Below, one piece after another: positions 19,557 to 28,602 of a stretch of DNA of 64,000 bases (positions are counted from its first letter, which is position 1; each line of letters starts with the position of its first letter). The position numbers and the translations under genes are program-made. This DNA is from an uncultured Spirochaetaceae bacterium (GTDB taxonomy: Bacteria; Spirochaetota; Spirochaetia; SZUA-6; DRHE01): NCBI GenBank assembly GCA_964588355.1, contig CAZPPB010000002.1, positions 16,218 to 80,217 of the forward strand. The letters are read 5' to 3'. The notes beneath the pieces are model-generated. The model was not told the DNA's origin. It did not search any database and saw nothing but the letters and a program-made list of their open reading frames with translations.

Positions 19557-20528
19557 ATGCCGACGAACGCAGGTCCGGAATACAAGAAGGCGGAAGAGGC
19601 GTTCCGCGCCGCCAAGACCGCCGATGAGAAGATCACCCGCCTGGAAGATATGATCGCCCTTCTGCCCAAACACAAGGGTACGGATCATCTGTACGCGGAT
19701 CTCAAGCGGAGGATGTCCAAGCTGCAGAAGCAGCAGGAAAGCTACGGGCGGAAGGGCGGCGCAGGCCCCGCCCTGGGATTCGAAAAGGAGGGGGCGGCTC
19801 AGGTGATTCTGGTCGGAGCAGCGAACAGCGGTAAATCCTCGATCCTCGGAGCCCTCACCAACGCCACTCCGGATATCGGGGAGTATCCCTTCAGCACCCA
19901 TGCGATGCATCCGGGGATGGTCCAGTTTGAGGATATTCAGATCCAACTGGTCGACACCCCTCCGGTAACCCCTGAGTTCATGCCCACCCACCTGCTCAGC
20001 GTGGTTCGCGGTACCGAGGCCGCGCTGCTGGTTGCGGATCTGTCGGTGGACTCCCTACTCGACGATCTGGAGGCCGTGTTCCAGGCCTTCGAGATGCGCC
20101 ACGTCACTTTCGTGGCAGAGCAAAACGAGGACAGGGATCAAATCCGCTGCCGGCTTATCGCCAACAAGCTCGATGCGCCGGGAGCGGACGCTCGGCTGGA
20201 CCTGCTGCGGGAGATGGTGGGCGGCCGCTTCCATATCCTGCCACTCTCTATCCGCGATCCGGAGGCGGTCGGCCGGCTGCCCCGGATGCTGTTCGAATGG
20301 CTCGGTGTCGTGCGGGTCTACACCAAGGCACCCGGAAAAAGGCCGGAACTGGCAAAACCGTACACGGTGTTTGCTGGCCAGAACGTGGGGGATATCTGCT
20401 CCCTGATTCACAAGGATTTCCTGCAAAATTTACGATTCGCCCGCATGTGGCGGGGTTCGGACAAGCCCATCACCGTGTCCAAGCACGAGATCGTACAGGA
20501 CAGAGATATCCTAGAGCTGCACCTATGA
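19557..20528 (+). CDS. DRG-like (Obg/HflX superfamily) GTP-binding protein with C-terminal TGS domain
   Basis: G1 GAANSGKSS, G4 NKLD, C-terminal RVYTKAPGKRPE..PYTVFAGQNVGDICSLIHKDF..ARMWG (TGS); G3 reads DTPP not DxxG. Confidence 0.65.
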   Translation: MPTNAGPEYKKAEEAFRAAKTADEKITRLEDMIALLPKHKGTDHLYADLKRRMSKLQKQQESYGRKGGAGPALGFEKEGAAQVILVGAANSGKSSILGALTNATPDIGEYPFSTHAMHPGMVQFEDIQIQLVDTPPVTPEFMPTHLLSVVRGTEAALLVADLSVDSLLDDLEAVFQAFEMRHVTFVAEQNEDRDQIRCRLIANKLDAPGADARLDLLREMVGGRFHILPLSIRDPEAVGRLPRMLFEWLGVVRVYTKAPGKRPELAKPYTVFAGQNVGDICSLIHKDFLQNLRFARMWRGSDKPITVSKHEIVQDRDILELHL

Positions 20529-21499
20529 GGCATCCGCTGAGAGTATTCACCTTCCTGATAATCGCCGCCGTAATCGCCCCTTCCTCCTTGTGCGCCGGGG
20601 GGGGGACGGCAGAACAGCGGGAAGTAGTCCGGGAGCTGCCCGGCAGGCCGAAACTGGTGATCGAGCTTACCAGCGCCGACTGCTTCATCGAGGCGGGCGG
20701 GGAAGACCGCATTCGACTGCGGGTCCTTCACAGCTATGGGGAGGATCGCTATAAGGTGGAAATCCAGGAACGTGGAGACCAGGTTCGACTGCGGGAACGC
20801 TTCCTCCGGCGATCGCCCCGGGGGTCCGCAACCTGGTTGCTCACGGTGCCCGCCGACACGGAGCTGTCCTTCTCCTCCGCTTCCGGAGTATTCGAATCAA
20901 GGGGGGATTACCGCGGGCTGGAAGCGAGCAGCGCCTCCGGGCGTATCTACATAGAGGATTTGGACGGGAGGATCGACATCAACACAGCCAGCGCAGCGGT
21001 GCGGCTGCAGGGCGTTGCCGGAGATCTGTCGGTAACCACGGCCAGCGGTGCTGTGGAGATTGCCGATTTCGGCGGCCGCCTCAGGCTGCGCAGCGCCGCG
21101 GGGGGAGTGAAACTGGACGGTCCTGCCGCCGAGATCGAGGCGACTACGGCAGCCGGAAGTATTGAGGTTTCCCAGCTGCGCCTGACCGGGGAGTGCAGCT
21201 TCCGCAGTGCCGCCGGGGATGTCGATGTGGAATTGGCAGCAGCTCCGACCTTCGATCTCTCCCTCGCCTCCTCATCCGGTACGGTAGAGCTCGACCTGAA
21301 CGGAAACGATATCGTGGGGACCTTCGTTTTCTCGGCCCTGCAGCAAACCGGCCGCATCGAATCTCCGCTCGACTTCGACGAGCAGGAGATCTTCGTTCAC
21401 GCCGGTCAGACCTACCTTCGCAAGTCCTTCAGCCGCGGCTCCTCCCTCCCCGGAATCAACCTGGCCACGGCCTCCGGTTCGGCCAGGTTGAAACGGTAA
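20525..21499 (+). CDS. DUF4097-like putative adhesin (secreted beta-helix repeat protein)
   Basis: Signal peptide MRHPLRVFTFLIIAAVIAPSSLCAGG; many ASG/SAAG..V..L repeat strands; ATG overlaps GTPase stop (ATGA). Confidence 0.55.
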   Translation: MRHPLRVFTFLIIAAVIAPSSLCAGGGTAEQREVVRELPGRPKLVIELTSADCFIEAGGEDRIRLRVLHSYGEDRYKVEIQERGDQVRLRERFLRRSPRGSATWLLTVPADTELSFSSASGVFESRGDYRGLEASSASGRIYIEDLDGRIDINTASAAVRLQGVAGDLSVTTASGAVEIADFGGRLRLRSAAGGVKLDGPAAEIEATTAAGSIEVSQLRLTGECSFRSAAGDVDVELAAAPTFDLSLASSSGTVELDLNGNDIVGTFVFSALQQTGRIESPLDFDEQEIFVHAGQTYLRKSFSRGSSLPGINLATASGSARLKR

Positions 21500-21534
21500 C
21501 AGAAAAAAATGCGCCAAATCGGTGACGGAGAAAC

Positions 21535-21563
21535 CTGAAAAAACTGTTCCATAGGTGTATACT
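21535..21563 (+). promoter_or_regulatory. candidate promoter for the OMP gene (CTGAAA-N17-TATACT)
   Basis: TATACT at 21558-21563 with a weak -35 at 17-nt spacing. Confidence 0.3.
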
Positions 21564-21616
21564 AAACCTACGACAAATATAGACGGGAGTAGCGTTCCCG
21601 TCAGAGGGAGGACTAG

Positions 21617-22129
21617 ATGAAAAAGACGCTTATTCTGGTATTGGTGCTGGCCTTCATCCCGCTGCTCTCTTTTGCAGATCTGGGATTGGGCGCCTCGGCT
21701 TTCCTGAACAACCCGGTGCTTATCGGTCAGGAAGCGGATGCATCGGAGCTTCGTGCGGGCGGTTTCACCTTCGGAGCGGACCTCCGCTTCAAGCTGAGCA
21801 TCCTGCAGCTGGAAGCCCTCGGCCTGTTGAGTTTGGGTGATGATGTCACCTCGATCGACCTGTACGCGGACGCCGGCCTGGCCCTGGATCTGGCGTTTCT
21901 GCGCCTGTCCCTGGGAGCCGGCCCCACGCTGTTATTCTTGCTGAATGACTCCACCGGTGACGATATCCTGGCCGGTTACAACGTCAAGGCCAACGCGGAC
22001 ATCAAGCTGGGACGGATTTCCTTCGGCTTGAGCTACATCATGGGCCTGATCGTCGAGGATGGATTGTTCGACGTCGCGTTGAACAAGAGCACCGGCATGC
22101 TGGGGGCCAACGTTCTGTTCTGGTTCTAG
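21617..22129 (+). CDS. small outer-membrane beta-barrel protein
   Basis: Signal peptide MKKTLILVLVLAFIPLLSFA, alternating hydrophobic strands, C-terminal Phe (..VLFWF). Confidence 0.55.
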   Translation: MKKTLILVLVLAFIPLLSFADLGLGASAFLNNPVLIGQEADASELRAGGFTFGADLRFKLSILQLEALGLLSLGDDVTSIDLYADAGLALDLAFLRLSLGAGPTLLFLLNDSTGDDILAGYNVKANADIKLGRISFGLSYIMGLIVEDGLFDVALNKSTGMLGANVLFWF

Positions 22130-22154
22130 CAGTAGCTGGTTTCCACAGATTTCG

Positions 22155-22193
22155 AGGGGCTTTCCGTCGCTCAAGGCGGGAGCCCCTTTTTTT
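22155..22193 (+). terminator. rho-independent terminator downstream of the OMP gene
   Basis: GGGGCTTTCCGTCGCTCAAGGCGGGAGCCCC stem-loop followed by TTTTTTT. Confidence 0.7.
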
Positions 22194-22279
22194 GTATCCA
22201 GCAGATGTTTTTACAGATTCAGTTTCATCCAGACGGCGGCTTTCTCAAAAGGCTCCACATCCGGTAGAATACAGGCACT

Positions 22280-23611
22280 ATGAGCAAACTCGCTTTGTTA
22301 GGCGGACCGAAAACCGTGTCCGCGGAGGGGGATCTGTTCTCCTGGCCAATCGTTACTCCCCGGATGGAAGCAGCTGTCTTGGAAGTGCTGCGAAAAGGCA
22401 AGATCTCCGATCTGGATATCACCGTGGAATTCGAGAAGGAGTTCGCCCGGTGGCTGGGTGTCAAGTATGCTCTGGCCCATAATACAGGTACCGCCGCAGT
22501 TCACTGCGCCTTGTTCGGTCTGGGGATCGGCAGGGGGGAGGAAATCATCTGTCCGAGTATGACTTACTGGGCTTCCTGTGTGCCGGTTTTTTCGCTCGGA
22601 GGGAAGGTGGTCTTCGCGGATATCGCTCCGGACAGCCTCTGCATCGATCCCGATGATATCGAACGCTGCATCACCAGCCGGAGCAGAGCGATCGTGGTTG
22701 TCCATTACTCGGGGATGCCGGCCGACATGGACGCGATTCTGTCGATCGCCCGCAAACATCGACTCGCCGTGTTGGAGGATTGCTCCCACTCCCACGGGAG
22801 CCTCTACAAAGGCAAAATGACGGGAACCTTCGGCGAGGTAGCTGCTTTCTCGATGATGTCGGCCAAGTCCTTTCCCATCGGAGAGGGGGGAATGCTGGCT
22901 ACGAATGACCGCCGCATCTACGAGCGGGCGATCGCCTTCGCCCACTATGCCCGGCACAGCAGTTTCATAACGCTTCCGGACATCAAGGCGGGAGCCGGCA
23001 TCCCCTGGGGAGGCTATAAATACCGGCTCAACCAGCTGTGCTCTGCAATTGGAAGGGAGCAGCTGCAAAACTACGGCCCTCAGATGGCCGAGATCGATCA
23101 GGCGATGAATTTCCTCTGGGACCGCCTGGAAGGGGTTGCGGGGATCAGGGCTCACCGGCCGGCGGCGAACTCGGGGAACACGATGGGCGGCTGGTACAAC
23201 CCTCTGGGACACTACCTCCCCGAGGAGCTGGGCGGTCTTTCCATCAGCCGCTTCTGCGAAGCCCTGAGAGCCGAAGGGGTGCGGGATTGCCGGCCCGGCT
23301 GCAATCTGGCCCTTCACATCCATCCCCTGTTTCGCGACCTGGATGTCTACGGTGACGGCCCGCCGACCAACGCGGTCGGCTCTTCGGGAGAGGCGAAGAA
23401 GGCGGGGAAGAGCCTCCAGGTTTCCGCCGCAGTCCAGTCCAGGGTCTTCAAGATTCCCTGGTTCAGACGGTACCGGACAGAGGCGATCGGACAGTACGCC
23501 GAGGCCTTCGGCAAGGTTGTGGAAAACCACAAAGAGCTGCTCGCCGACGATCCGGGGGATCCGGAAACCCTCGGCAGTTGGGGCACGAGCTCCCTGGTTG
23601 TCTCGGCTTGA
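22280..23611 (+). CDS. DegT/DnrJ/EryC1/StrS-family PLP-dependent aminotransferase
   Basis: Typical family layout with sugar-aminotransferase-like N-terminus; ..SFSMMSAKSFPIGEGG (the Lys in SAKS is the putative PLP-binding lysine). Confidence 0.8.
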   Translation: MSKLALLGGPKTVSAEGDLFSWPIVTPRMEAAVLEVLRKGKISDLDITVEFEKEFARWLGVKYALAHNTGTAAVHCALFGLGIGRGEEIICPSMTYWASCVPVFSLGGKVVFADIAPDSLCIDPDDIERCITSRSRAIVVVHYSGMPADMDAILSIARKHRLAVLEDCSHSHGSLYKGKMTGTFGEVAAFSMMSAKSFPIGEGGMLATNDRRIYERAIAFAHYARHSSFITLPDIKAGAGIPWGGYKYRLNQLCSAIGREQLQNYGPQMAEIDQAMNFLWDRLEGVAGIRAHRPAANSGNTMGGWYNPLGHYLPEELGGLSISRFCEALRAEGVRDCRPGCNLALHIHPLFRDLDVYGDGPPTNAVGSSGEAKKAGKSLQVSAAVQSRVFKIPWFRRYRTEAIGQYAEAFGKVVENHKELLADDPGDPETLGSWGTSSLVVSA

Positions 23612-23634
23612 GAAGGCGAAAGAGGAACAACGAT

Positions 23635-24573
23635 TTGATAATCGATTTTCATACCCACGTCGGTGATTTGCGAAGCCCCGGCCGGATGGACAGGATTCCG
23701 GTAACCTGGGAAAACCTCCTGCGCCGCCTCGACCGGCAGCGCATCGACAAGGCGGTCTTTCTGCCCCTGGGTGTGTCCCCGGAAAGCACCCAAGCCCCCT
23801 TCCTTTTCGCCCCCCACCCCGATATTGCAGGCCAGCTGAACGCAGCGCTGGACTATCGCGACCGGGTAATCCCGTTCGGGAATATCGATCCCCGTATGGG
23901 TTGCCTGGGCAATCTGGATGCCGAGCAGTTGGCGAATCCACCGGAGACGGACTTCGGCTGGATCCTGGAGCGCTTCAGGGAGTTGGGTTGCGCGGGGATC
24001 GGCGAGGTTACCGCTAATATACCCCTGGATGATTTCAGGGTCATCAACCTCTGCCGGCAGTGCGGGCGCTTCGGTATGCCGGTCCTGTTCCACATAACCG
24101 GTCCGGGTAGAGGTGTTTACGGCCTGATCGATGAGATCGGCTCTCCCCGTTTGGAGCGGCTGCTGCAGGCAGCTCCCGAGACCACCGTAGTCGGCCATGC
24201 TCCGGGATTCTGGGCCGAGATAAGCGGCGATGCGAGTCATCAGGACAAGTTCGTCTATCCGGAAGGGCCGGTGAGCGCGGAGGGAAGCCTGATCCGGCTT
24301 CTTCGATCCTATCCCAATCTGTACGCCGATATTTCCGCCGGAAGCGGACTCAATGCAATCAAACGGGATCGGGATTTCGGCATCCGCTTCCTGAACGAAT
24401 TTCAAGACCGCATCCTGTTCGGCACCGACGTCTGCTTCGCCGATCCGCAAGGGGACATCCCTACATTGCAGTATTTGAGGGAGCTGCAGAGCGACGGCGC
24501 GATCAGCCGCGAGGTCTTCGATAAAATTACCGGAACAAACGCCCTGAAGGTGCTCGCGCTCGACCAAAGGTGA
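23635..24573 (+). CDS. amidohydrolase-family metal-dependent hydrolase (TIM barrel)
   Basis: N-terminal IIDFHTHVG (HxH metal motif), later GHAPGFW and FGTDV; probable TTG start at 23635 with AGAGGA 11 nt upstream. Confidence 0.6.
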   Translation: MIIDFHTHVGDLRSPGRMDRIPVTWENLLRRLDRQRIDKAVFLPLGVSPESTQAPFLFAPHPDIAGQLNAALDYRDRVIPFGNIDPRMGCLGNLDAEQLANPPETDFGWILERFRELGCAGIGEVTANIPLDDFRVINLCRQCGRFGMPVLFHITGPGRGVYGLIDEIGSPRLERLLQAAPETTVVGHAPGFWAEISGDASHQDKFVYPEGPVSAEGSLIRLLRSYPNLYADISAGSGLNAIKRDRDFGIRFLNEFQDRILFGTDVCFADPQGDIPTLQYLRELQSDGAISREVFDKITGTNALKVLALDQR

Positions 24574-24590
24574 GTCCCGCCGGACTCAAG

Positions 24591-26285
24591 TCATACCATC
24601 TTGAACATCTGCGACATCCGCCGCCCCAGAATCCGGTTGGCCAGGAATATGGCTGAGAGCACCAGCACGATGAGGATCGTTCCCAGAGCGTAGGCGGGAC
24701 CGATAGTGGCGGAGAACAGATATTCCACGATGGCCACGGAGATCGTTTTCCAGCGGGCGGAGAAGAGGATCACCGTCGTTGAGAGCTCCCCCATCAGCGT
24801 GGCAAAGGATATCACGGCCCCCGCCAGGATGCCCGGTGCCATCAGGGGAAGGGTGATCTTCCTGAAGGTGGTCAACCAGGAAGCCCCGGTGATGGTGGAA
24901 GCCTCCTCTACGGCCACGTCGATCTGGGTCAACGAAGCGGTCGTGGATCTGAATATATAGGGCATGCGGCGGATGAAGAAGCCCACCACCATGATCATCC
25001 AGGTGCCGCTGAGGATGAGAAGACCCGAGGAGAAGCCGACCAGAATGGCCACCCCGACCACGATGCCGGGCAGGATGAAGGGCAGCATGACCGTCAGATC
25101 CAGGATCCAACGGGCCTTCAGATTTTTACGCACGTTGATATAGGAAAGCAGCGTACCGATCACCGAGGCGATCAGGGTAGCCGTAGTGGCCAGAAAAAGG
25201 CTGTTTCTAATGGGCGTCAGAGCGATCTCAAAGATCCTCCGGAAATTGTCGAACGAAAATTTGGTTGGATAGCGGGTGCCGGCCCAGCCCTCGGTGAAGG
25301 ATGTAAAAATCACAGTCAGGTGAGGGAGCAGGGAGAAGAAGATCACGCCGAAGCAGAATACGGTTCCCAGCCACTTCAAGAGCTTGCTCGAGGATACCCG
25401 CGCTGCCTGGGTCGTGCTGGTAATGGTGATGTAGGAGCGTTTGGCCGTCACATACTGGGAGAGGAGGATCGCGAAGGCCACCAGCACTACGTTGACCATG
25501 GCGATGGCCGCGGCGGCGTTGAGGTTGAAGAACCCGGTGACCTGAAAATGGATCAGGGTCGGCAGTACGTAGAAATTTCCTCCCAAAATCGCCGGGACAC
25601 CGAAATTACCCACCGAACGCATGAACACGATCAGAGCCCCGGCCACGATGGCAGGTATGACCAGAGGCAGGGTCACCGTGCGGATGACCCGCCAACGGGA
25701 GGCGCCCATGATTTCGGCGCTTTCCTCGATGTACGGATCCGCCGATATCAAGGCGCCGTAGGTAAGGAGGAAGATGAACGGATAGGTGCTCATGGTTATG
25801 GCGATGATGACCCCCGGTGCGCCGTAAATGTCCGGCAGGGTGAACCCGAAGGCCGCATCCAGAAAATAGTTGATCACTCCCTGCCGTCCGAACAGGAGGA
25901 TCCAGGAGTAGGCTCCTACAAACGGCGGAAGGATCAGAGGCAGGGTGCCGAGGGTGAGGAAGAAGGTTTTGAACGGGGTCTGGGTCTTGGCCACGAAGTA
26001 GGCCATGGGAATACCGATCAGACAGGAAAACAGAACGCAGACCAGACCGACCACCATGGTGTTCAAGAAAGCGCTTCTGTAGAGGGTGGATTTGGAGAAC
26101 TGAGCGAAGTTGGCCAGGGTCAGGTTGCGCAAGGTGGGGGCATCCCCCAGTTTGATGAAGCTGCTGAACACCACTTTGGAAAGCGGATAGACGATGAATA
26201 CGACCAGGATGATCAACGCCAGTCCTAAAACCAGGTAAGGGGTAAACTCAAAGGTCTTCAGCCGCCGGGTGATTTCTCGAGCCAT
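24591..26285 (-). CDS. ABC transporter permease, fused two-domain FbpB/AfuB type
   Basis: 564 aa, two repeated permease halves each with EAA-like loop (EESAEIMGASRWR.. and EEASTITGASWLTTFRKITLP). Confidence 0.85.
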   Translation of the reverse strand: MAREITRRLKTFEFTPYLVLGLALIILVVFIVYPLSKVVFSSFIKLGDAPTLRNLTLANFAQFSKSTLYRSAFLNTMVVGLVCVLFSCLIGIPMAYFVAKTQTPFKTFFLTLGTLPLILPPFVGAYSWILLFGRQGVINYFLDAAFGFTLPDIYGAPGVIIAITMSTYPFIFLLTYGALISADPYIEESAEIMGASRWRVIRTVTLPLVIPAIVAGALIVFMRSVGNFGVPAILGGNFYVLPTLIHFQVTGFFNLNAAAAIAMVNVVLVAFAILLSQYVTAKRSYITITSTTQAARVSSSKLLKWLGTVFCFGVIFFSLLPHLTVIFTSFTEGWAGTRYPTKFSFDNFRRIFEIALTPIRNSLFLATTATLIASVIGTLLSYINVRKNLKARWILDLTVMLPFILPGIVVGVAILVGFSSGLLILSGTWMIMVVGFFIRRMPYIFRSTTASLTQIDVAVEEASTITGASWLTTFRKITLPLMAPGILAGAVISFATLMGELSTTVILFSARWKTISVAIVEYLFSATIGPAYALGTILIVLVLSAIFLANRILGRRMSQMFKMV

Positions 26286-26293
26286 GGGACCTC

Positions 26294-27430
26294 CTAAGCC
26301 TTCTCCAGCTGTTGCCTCTGTTCCGTGGGAAACAGTTTGGCTTCCTGCCCGTGGACCAGGACGGCGACAGCATCGCCCACCCCCACACCATGGACACGGC
26401 GATCCTGATCGACCAGAATCTCCTGCGGATCGTGGTCCTGAAAGATCTCGATGTAATAGCGGACCACCGAGCCGAGGTAGAGGATGACCTTCACCTGACC
26501 TTTCAGGCTGTTCGGATGATTCGCAGCCGCGGAGACCTCCATCTGTTCGGGGCGGACGAAGAGGATCCCCTCCGTATCCTGGTAGCCGCGGACATTGTCC
26601 GAGCTGTTCGTTAGAGTGATCTGTTCGCCAGAACGGAACCGTAAGACCGGGTCTGCGTTGGCTTGGACTTCGCAGGTGAGGAAATTGGCTTGGCCGATGA
26701 AATCCGCCACCCGGATCGTGTTGGGATTTTCGTAGATTTCATCGGGAGTCCCGACCTGGCTGACCTTGCCGGCGTGCATCACGGCGATCCGGTCGGAGAT
26801 CGACAGGGCTTCCTCCTGATCGTGGGTCACATAGATCGTGGTCACTTTGGCCTGCTGTTGAATCCGCCGGATCTCTTCGCGCATGTAGACCCTCAGCTTG
26901 GCATCCAGATTGCTCAGGGGTTCATCCAGAAGCAGAAGCTGGGGATCGTAGACCAAAGCTCGAGCCAGGGCGATCCTCTGCTGCTGACCTCCGGACAACT
27001 CGCTGGGCTTACGCTTTTGAGTCGCCTCCAGTCCCACCAGTTGAATGATCCGGTTGACTTTCTGCTCAGTATCCTTTCGCGGCAGCTTGCGGATTCTCAG
27101 TCCGTAAGCCACGTTTTCGAAGATGGAAAGATGGGGGAACAGAGCGTAGCTCTGGAACACCATACCGATATTGCGCCGGAAAGGGGGGATCGAGGTGAAG
27201 TCCTGACCGAGGAAATCGATCCTCCCGCTGCTCGGTTTCTCGAAACCGGCAACACAGCGCAGCGTGGTGGTCTTCCCGCAGCCGCTGGGGCCGAGAAGAG
27301 TGAACAGTTCTCCTTCTCGAATATCCAGGGAAACGTCGTTCAAAGCCTGAACCTGCTCGTTTTTTCCGCCGAAGACCTTGCTGAGATTCCGGATAGACAA
27401 AGTGATCCGGCTGTTGTCCTGTTCCGTCAT
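26294..27430 (-). CDS. ABC transporter ATP-binding protein (FbpC/AfuC/PotA type)
   Basis: LLGPSGCGKTT, LSGGQQQRIALARAL, LLLDEPLSNLD; C-terminal TOBE-like domain. Confidence 0.9.
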   Translation of the reverse strand: MTEQDNSRITLSIRNLSKVFGGKNEQVQALNDVSLDIREGELFTLLGPSGCGKTTTLRCVAGFEKPSSGRIDFLGQDFTSIPPFRRNIGMVFQSYALFPHLSIFENVAYGLRIRKLPRKDTEQKVNRIIQLVGLEATQKRKPSELSGGQQQRIALARALVYDPQLLLLDEPLSNLDAKLRVYMREEIRRIQQQAKVTTIYVTHDQEEALSISDRIAVMHAGKVSQVGTPDEIYENPNTIRVADFIGQANFLTCEVQANADPVLRFRSGEQITLTNSSDNVRGYQDTEGILFVRPEQMEVSAAANHPNSLKGQVKVILYLGSVVRYYIEIFQDHDPQEILVDQDRRVHGVGVGDAVAVLVHGQEAKLFPTEQRQQLEKA

Positions 27431-27506
27431 TGGGGAAACCTCATTTGGTGATTAAAGAGTAAGCAGGCATGGACGGCTCGTCGAACCGTCCATGCCCGAG
27501 AGTACG

Positions 27507-28487
27507 TTAACGAGTGGCGAAGATCTCTCCAAACTTCTGCAGGTAATCGTTCCTGCTTGCCGAAGCCTTGTTGGCGTCGTACTCGAAGAATTTTATCTCC
27601 CCGGTCGGTTTGAGTCCCGGAGGCGGCGGCACATCGGGACGGGTCATCCTGCGAAAGTGGGGGGCTTGGCAGATAATGGTCATGGCTTCCTTGGTGGTCA
27701 GCCAGTCCATGAAGATCTTTGCATTATCCGGGTTCGGTCCTCCCTTGATGATCCCCGAGGCGTCGAAACGCAGACCCGTGCCTTCACTGGGATACACAGC
27801 TTCCACCGGATTGCCCTTGGCCTTCTCCGTGAACACGTTCCCCTCGCCGGTGATGCCGATGGCGAACTCACCCCGTCCTACAAACGTGTACACCAAAGAC
27901 GATTTCGGTACGAAGGTAGTTACCTGGCGGACGTCGTTGATATGGTCCCACCCGTACAGCCCGACCATCTGGAACAGTTGGGCGTAGGCCGAACCGGAAA
28001 GGGCCGGGTTGGCCATTACGACTTCCCCGCGATATTTGCTGTCTCCCAGGTCCTTCCAGCTCTTAGGAGCATCCCCGAGAGGAATCCTGTCGGTGTTGAT
28101 GATGAACGCCTGGATGTTGAAGCTGAAGCCGAAGTACTTGTTTCCCTTGGCATCTTTAACGTCGTTGGGGAAAGCGGATGCTTCCTTCACCCTGTAGGAG
28201 TCCAGAAGGTCGTAGACCACATCCATATTTTCCTTGGCCATGGCCATGATGATGTCCCCCTGGGGTCTTCTGGCCTCGGCCTGAACACGGGTGATGATCT
28301 CCCCTGAACCCAGCCGGATCTCCTCCACGTCGATGTTGCGGTACTTGGCCTTGAAGGCCCGCACCAAATCTTCTCCCATCTCCACGGATCCGGCATTGTA
28401 GATCACCAGCGTTCCGTCCGCTGAGACGAGCGCCGTGCCGAGCACGAGCATCAGGCCGATCACTACGGGAATGAGTCTTTTTTTCAT
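27507..28487 (-). CDS. ABC transporter periplasmic substrate-binding protein (FbpA/AfuA family)
   Basis: Signal peptide MKKRLIPVVIGLMLVLGTALVSA; cluster D (Fe3+/sugar-phosphate type) SBP layout. Confidence 0.8.
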   Translation of the reverse strand: MKKRLIPVVIGLMLVLGTALVSADGTLVIYNAGSVEMGEDLVRAFKAKYRNIDVEEIRLGSGEIITRVQAEARRPQGDIIMAMAKENMDVVYDLLDSYRVKEASAFPNDVKDAKGNKYFGFSFNIQAFIINTDRIPLGDAPKSWKDLGDSKYRGEVVMANPALSGSAYAQLFQMVGLYGWDHINDVRQVTTFVPKSSLVYTFVGRGEFAIGITGEGNVFTEKAKGNPVEAVYPSEGTGLRFDASGIIKGGPNPDNAKIFMDWLTTKEAMTIICQAPHFRRMTRPDVPPPPGLKPTGEIKFFEYDANKASASRNDYLQKFGEIFATR

Positions 28488-28522
28488 ACCTACCTCCTTG
28501 AGAAATATTGGTTACTTGCGAG

Positions 28523-28551
28523 ATTTTACATGATTCCTTACTGACGTGCAA
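28523..28551 (-). promoter_or_regulatory. candidate sigma-70 promoter for the ABC importer operon (TTGCAC-N17-TAAAAT on minus strand)
   Basis: Reverse complement reads TTGCACgtcagtaaggaatcatgTAAAAT about 30 nt upstream of the GGAGG RBS. Confidence 0.4.
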
Positions 28552-28602
28552 ATCAAAAATTGACCAAACTGAAAGTCTGCATTCACCCTATGCGCAGCCT
28601 GC

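Noticed and set aside
22298-23941. 547-aa ORF on the minus strand overlapping the DegT aminotransferase and amidohydrolase genes
   Set aside because: Antisense to two well-supported genes. Pro/Arg/Gly-rich low-complexity translation typical of GC-rich antisense frames.
25320-26228. 302-aa plus-strand ORF inside the ABC permease gene
   Set aside because: Antisense shadow ORF; translation is a biased-composition G/E/D/R-rich string with no motif.
24591-28487. Annotating the three FbpABC-like systems as ferric-iron transporters
   Set aside because: Family membership is real, but gene context (PfkB kinases, HAD phosphatases, PMM, isomerases, RpiR) argues for sugar-phosphate substrates. Kept only as family-level calls.
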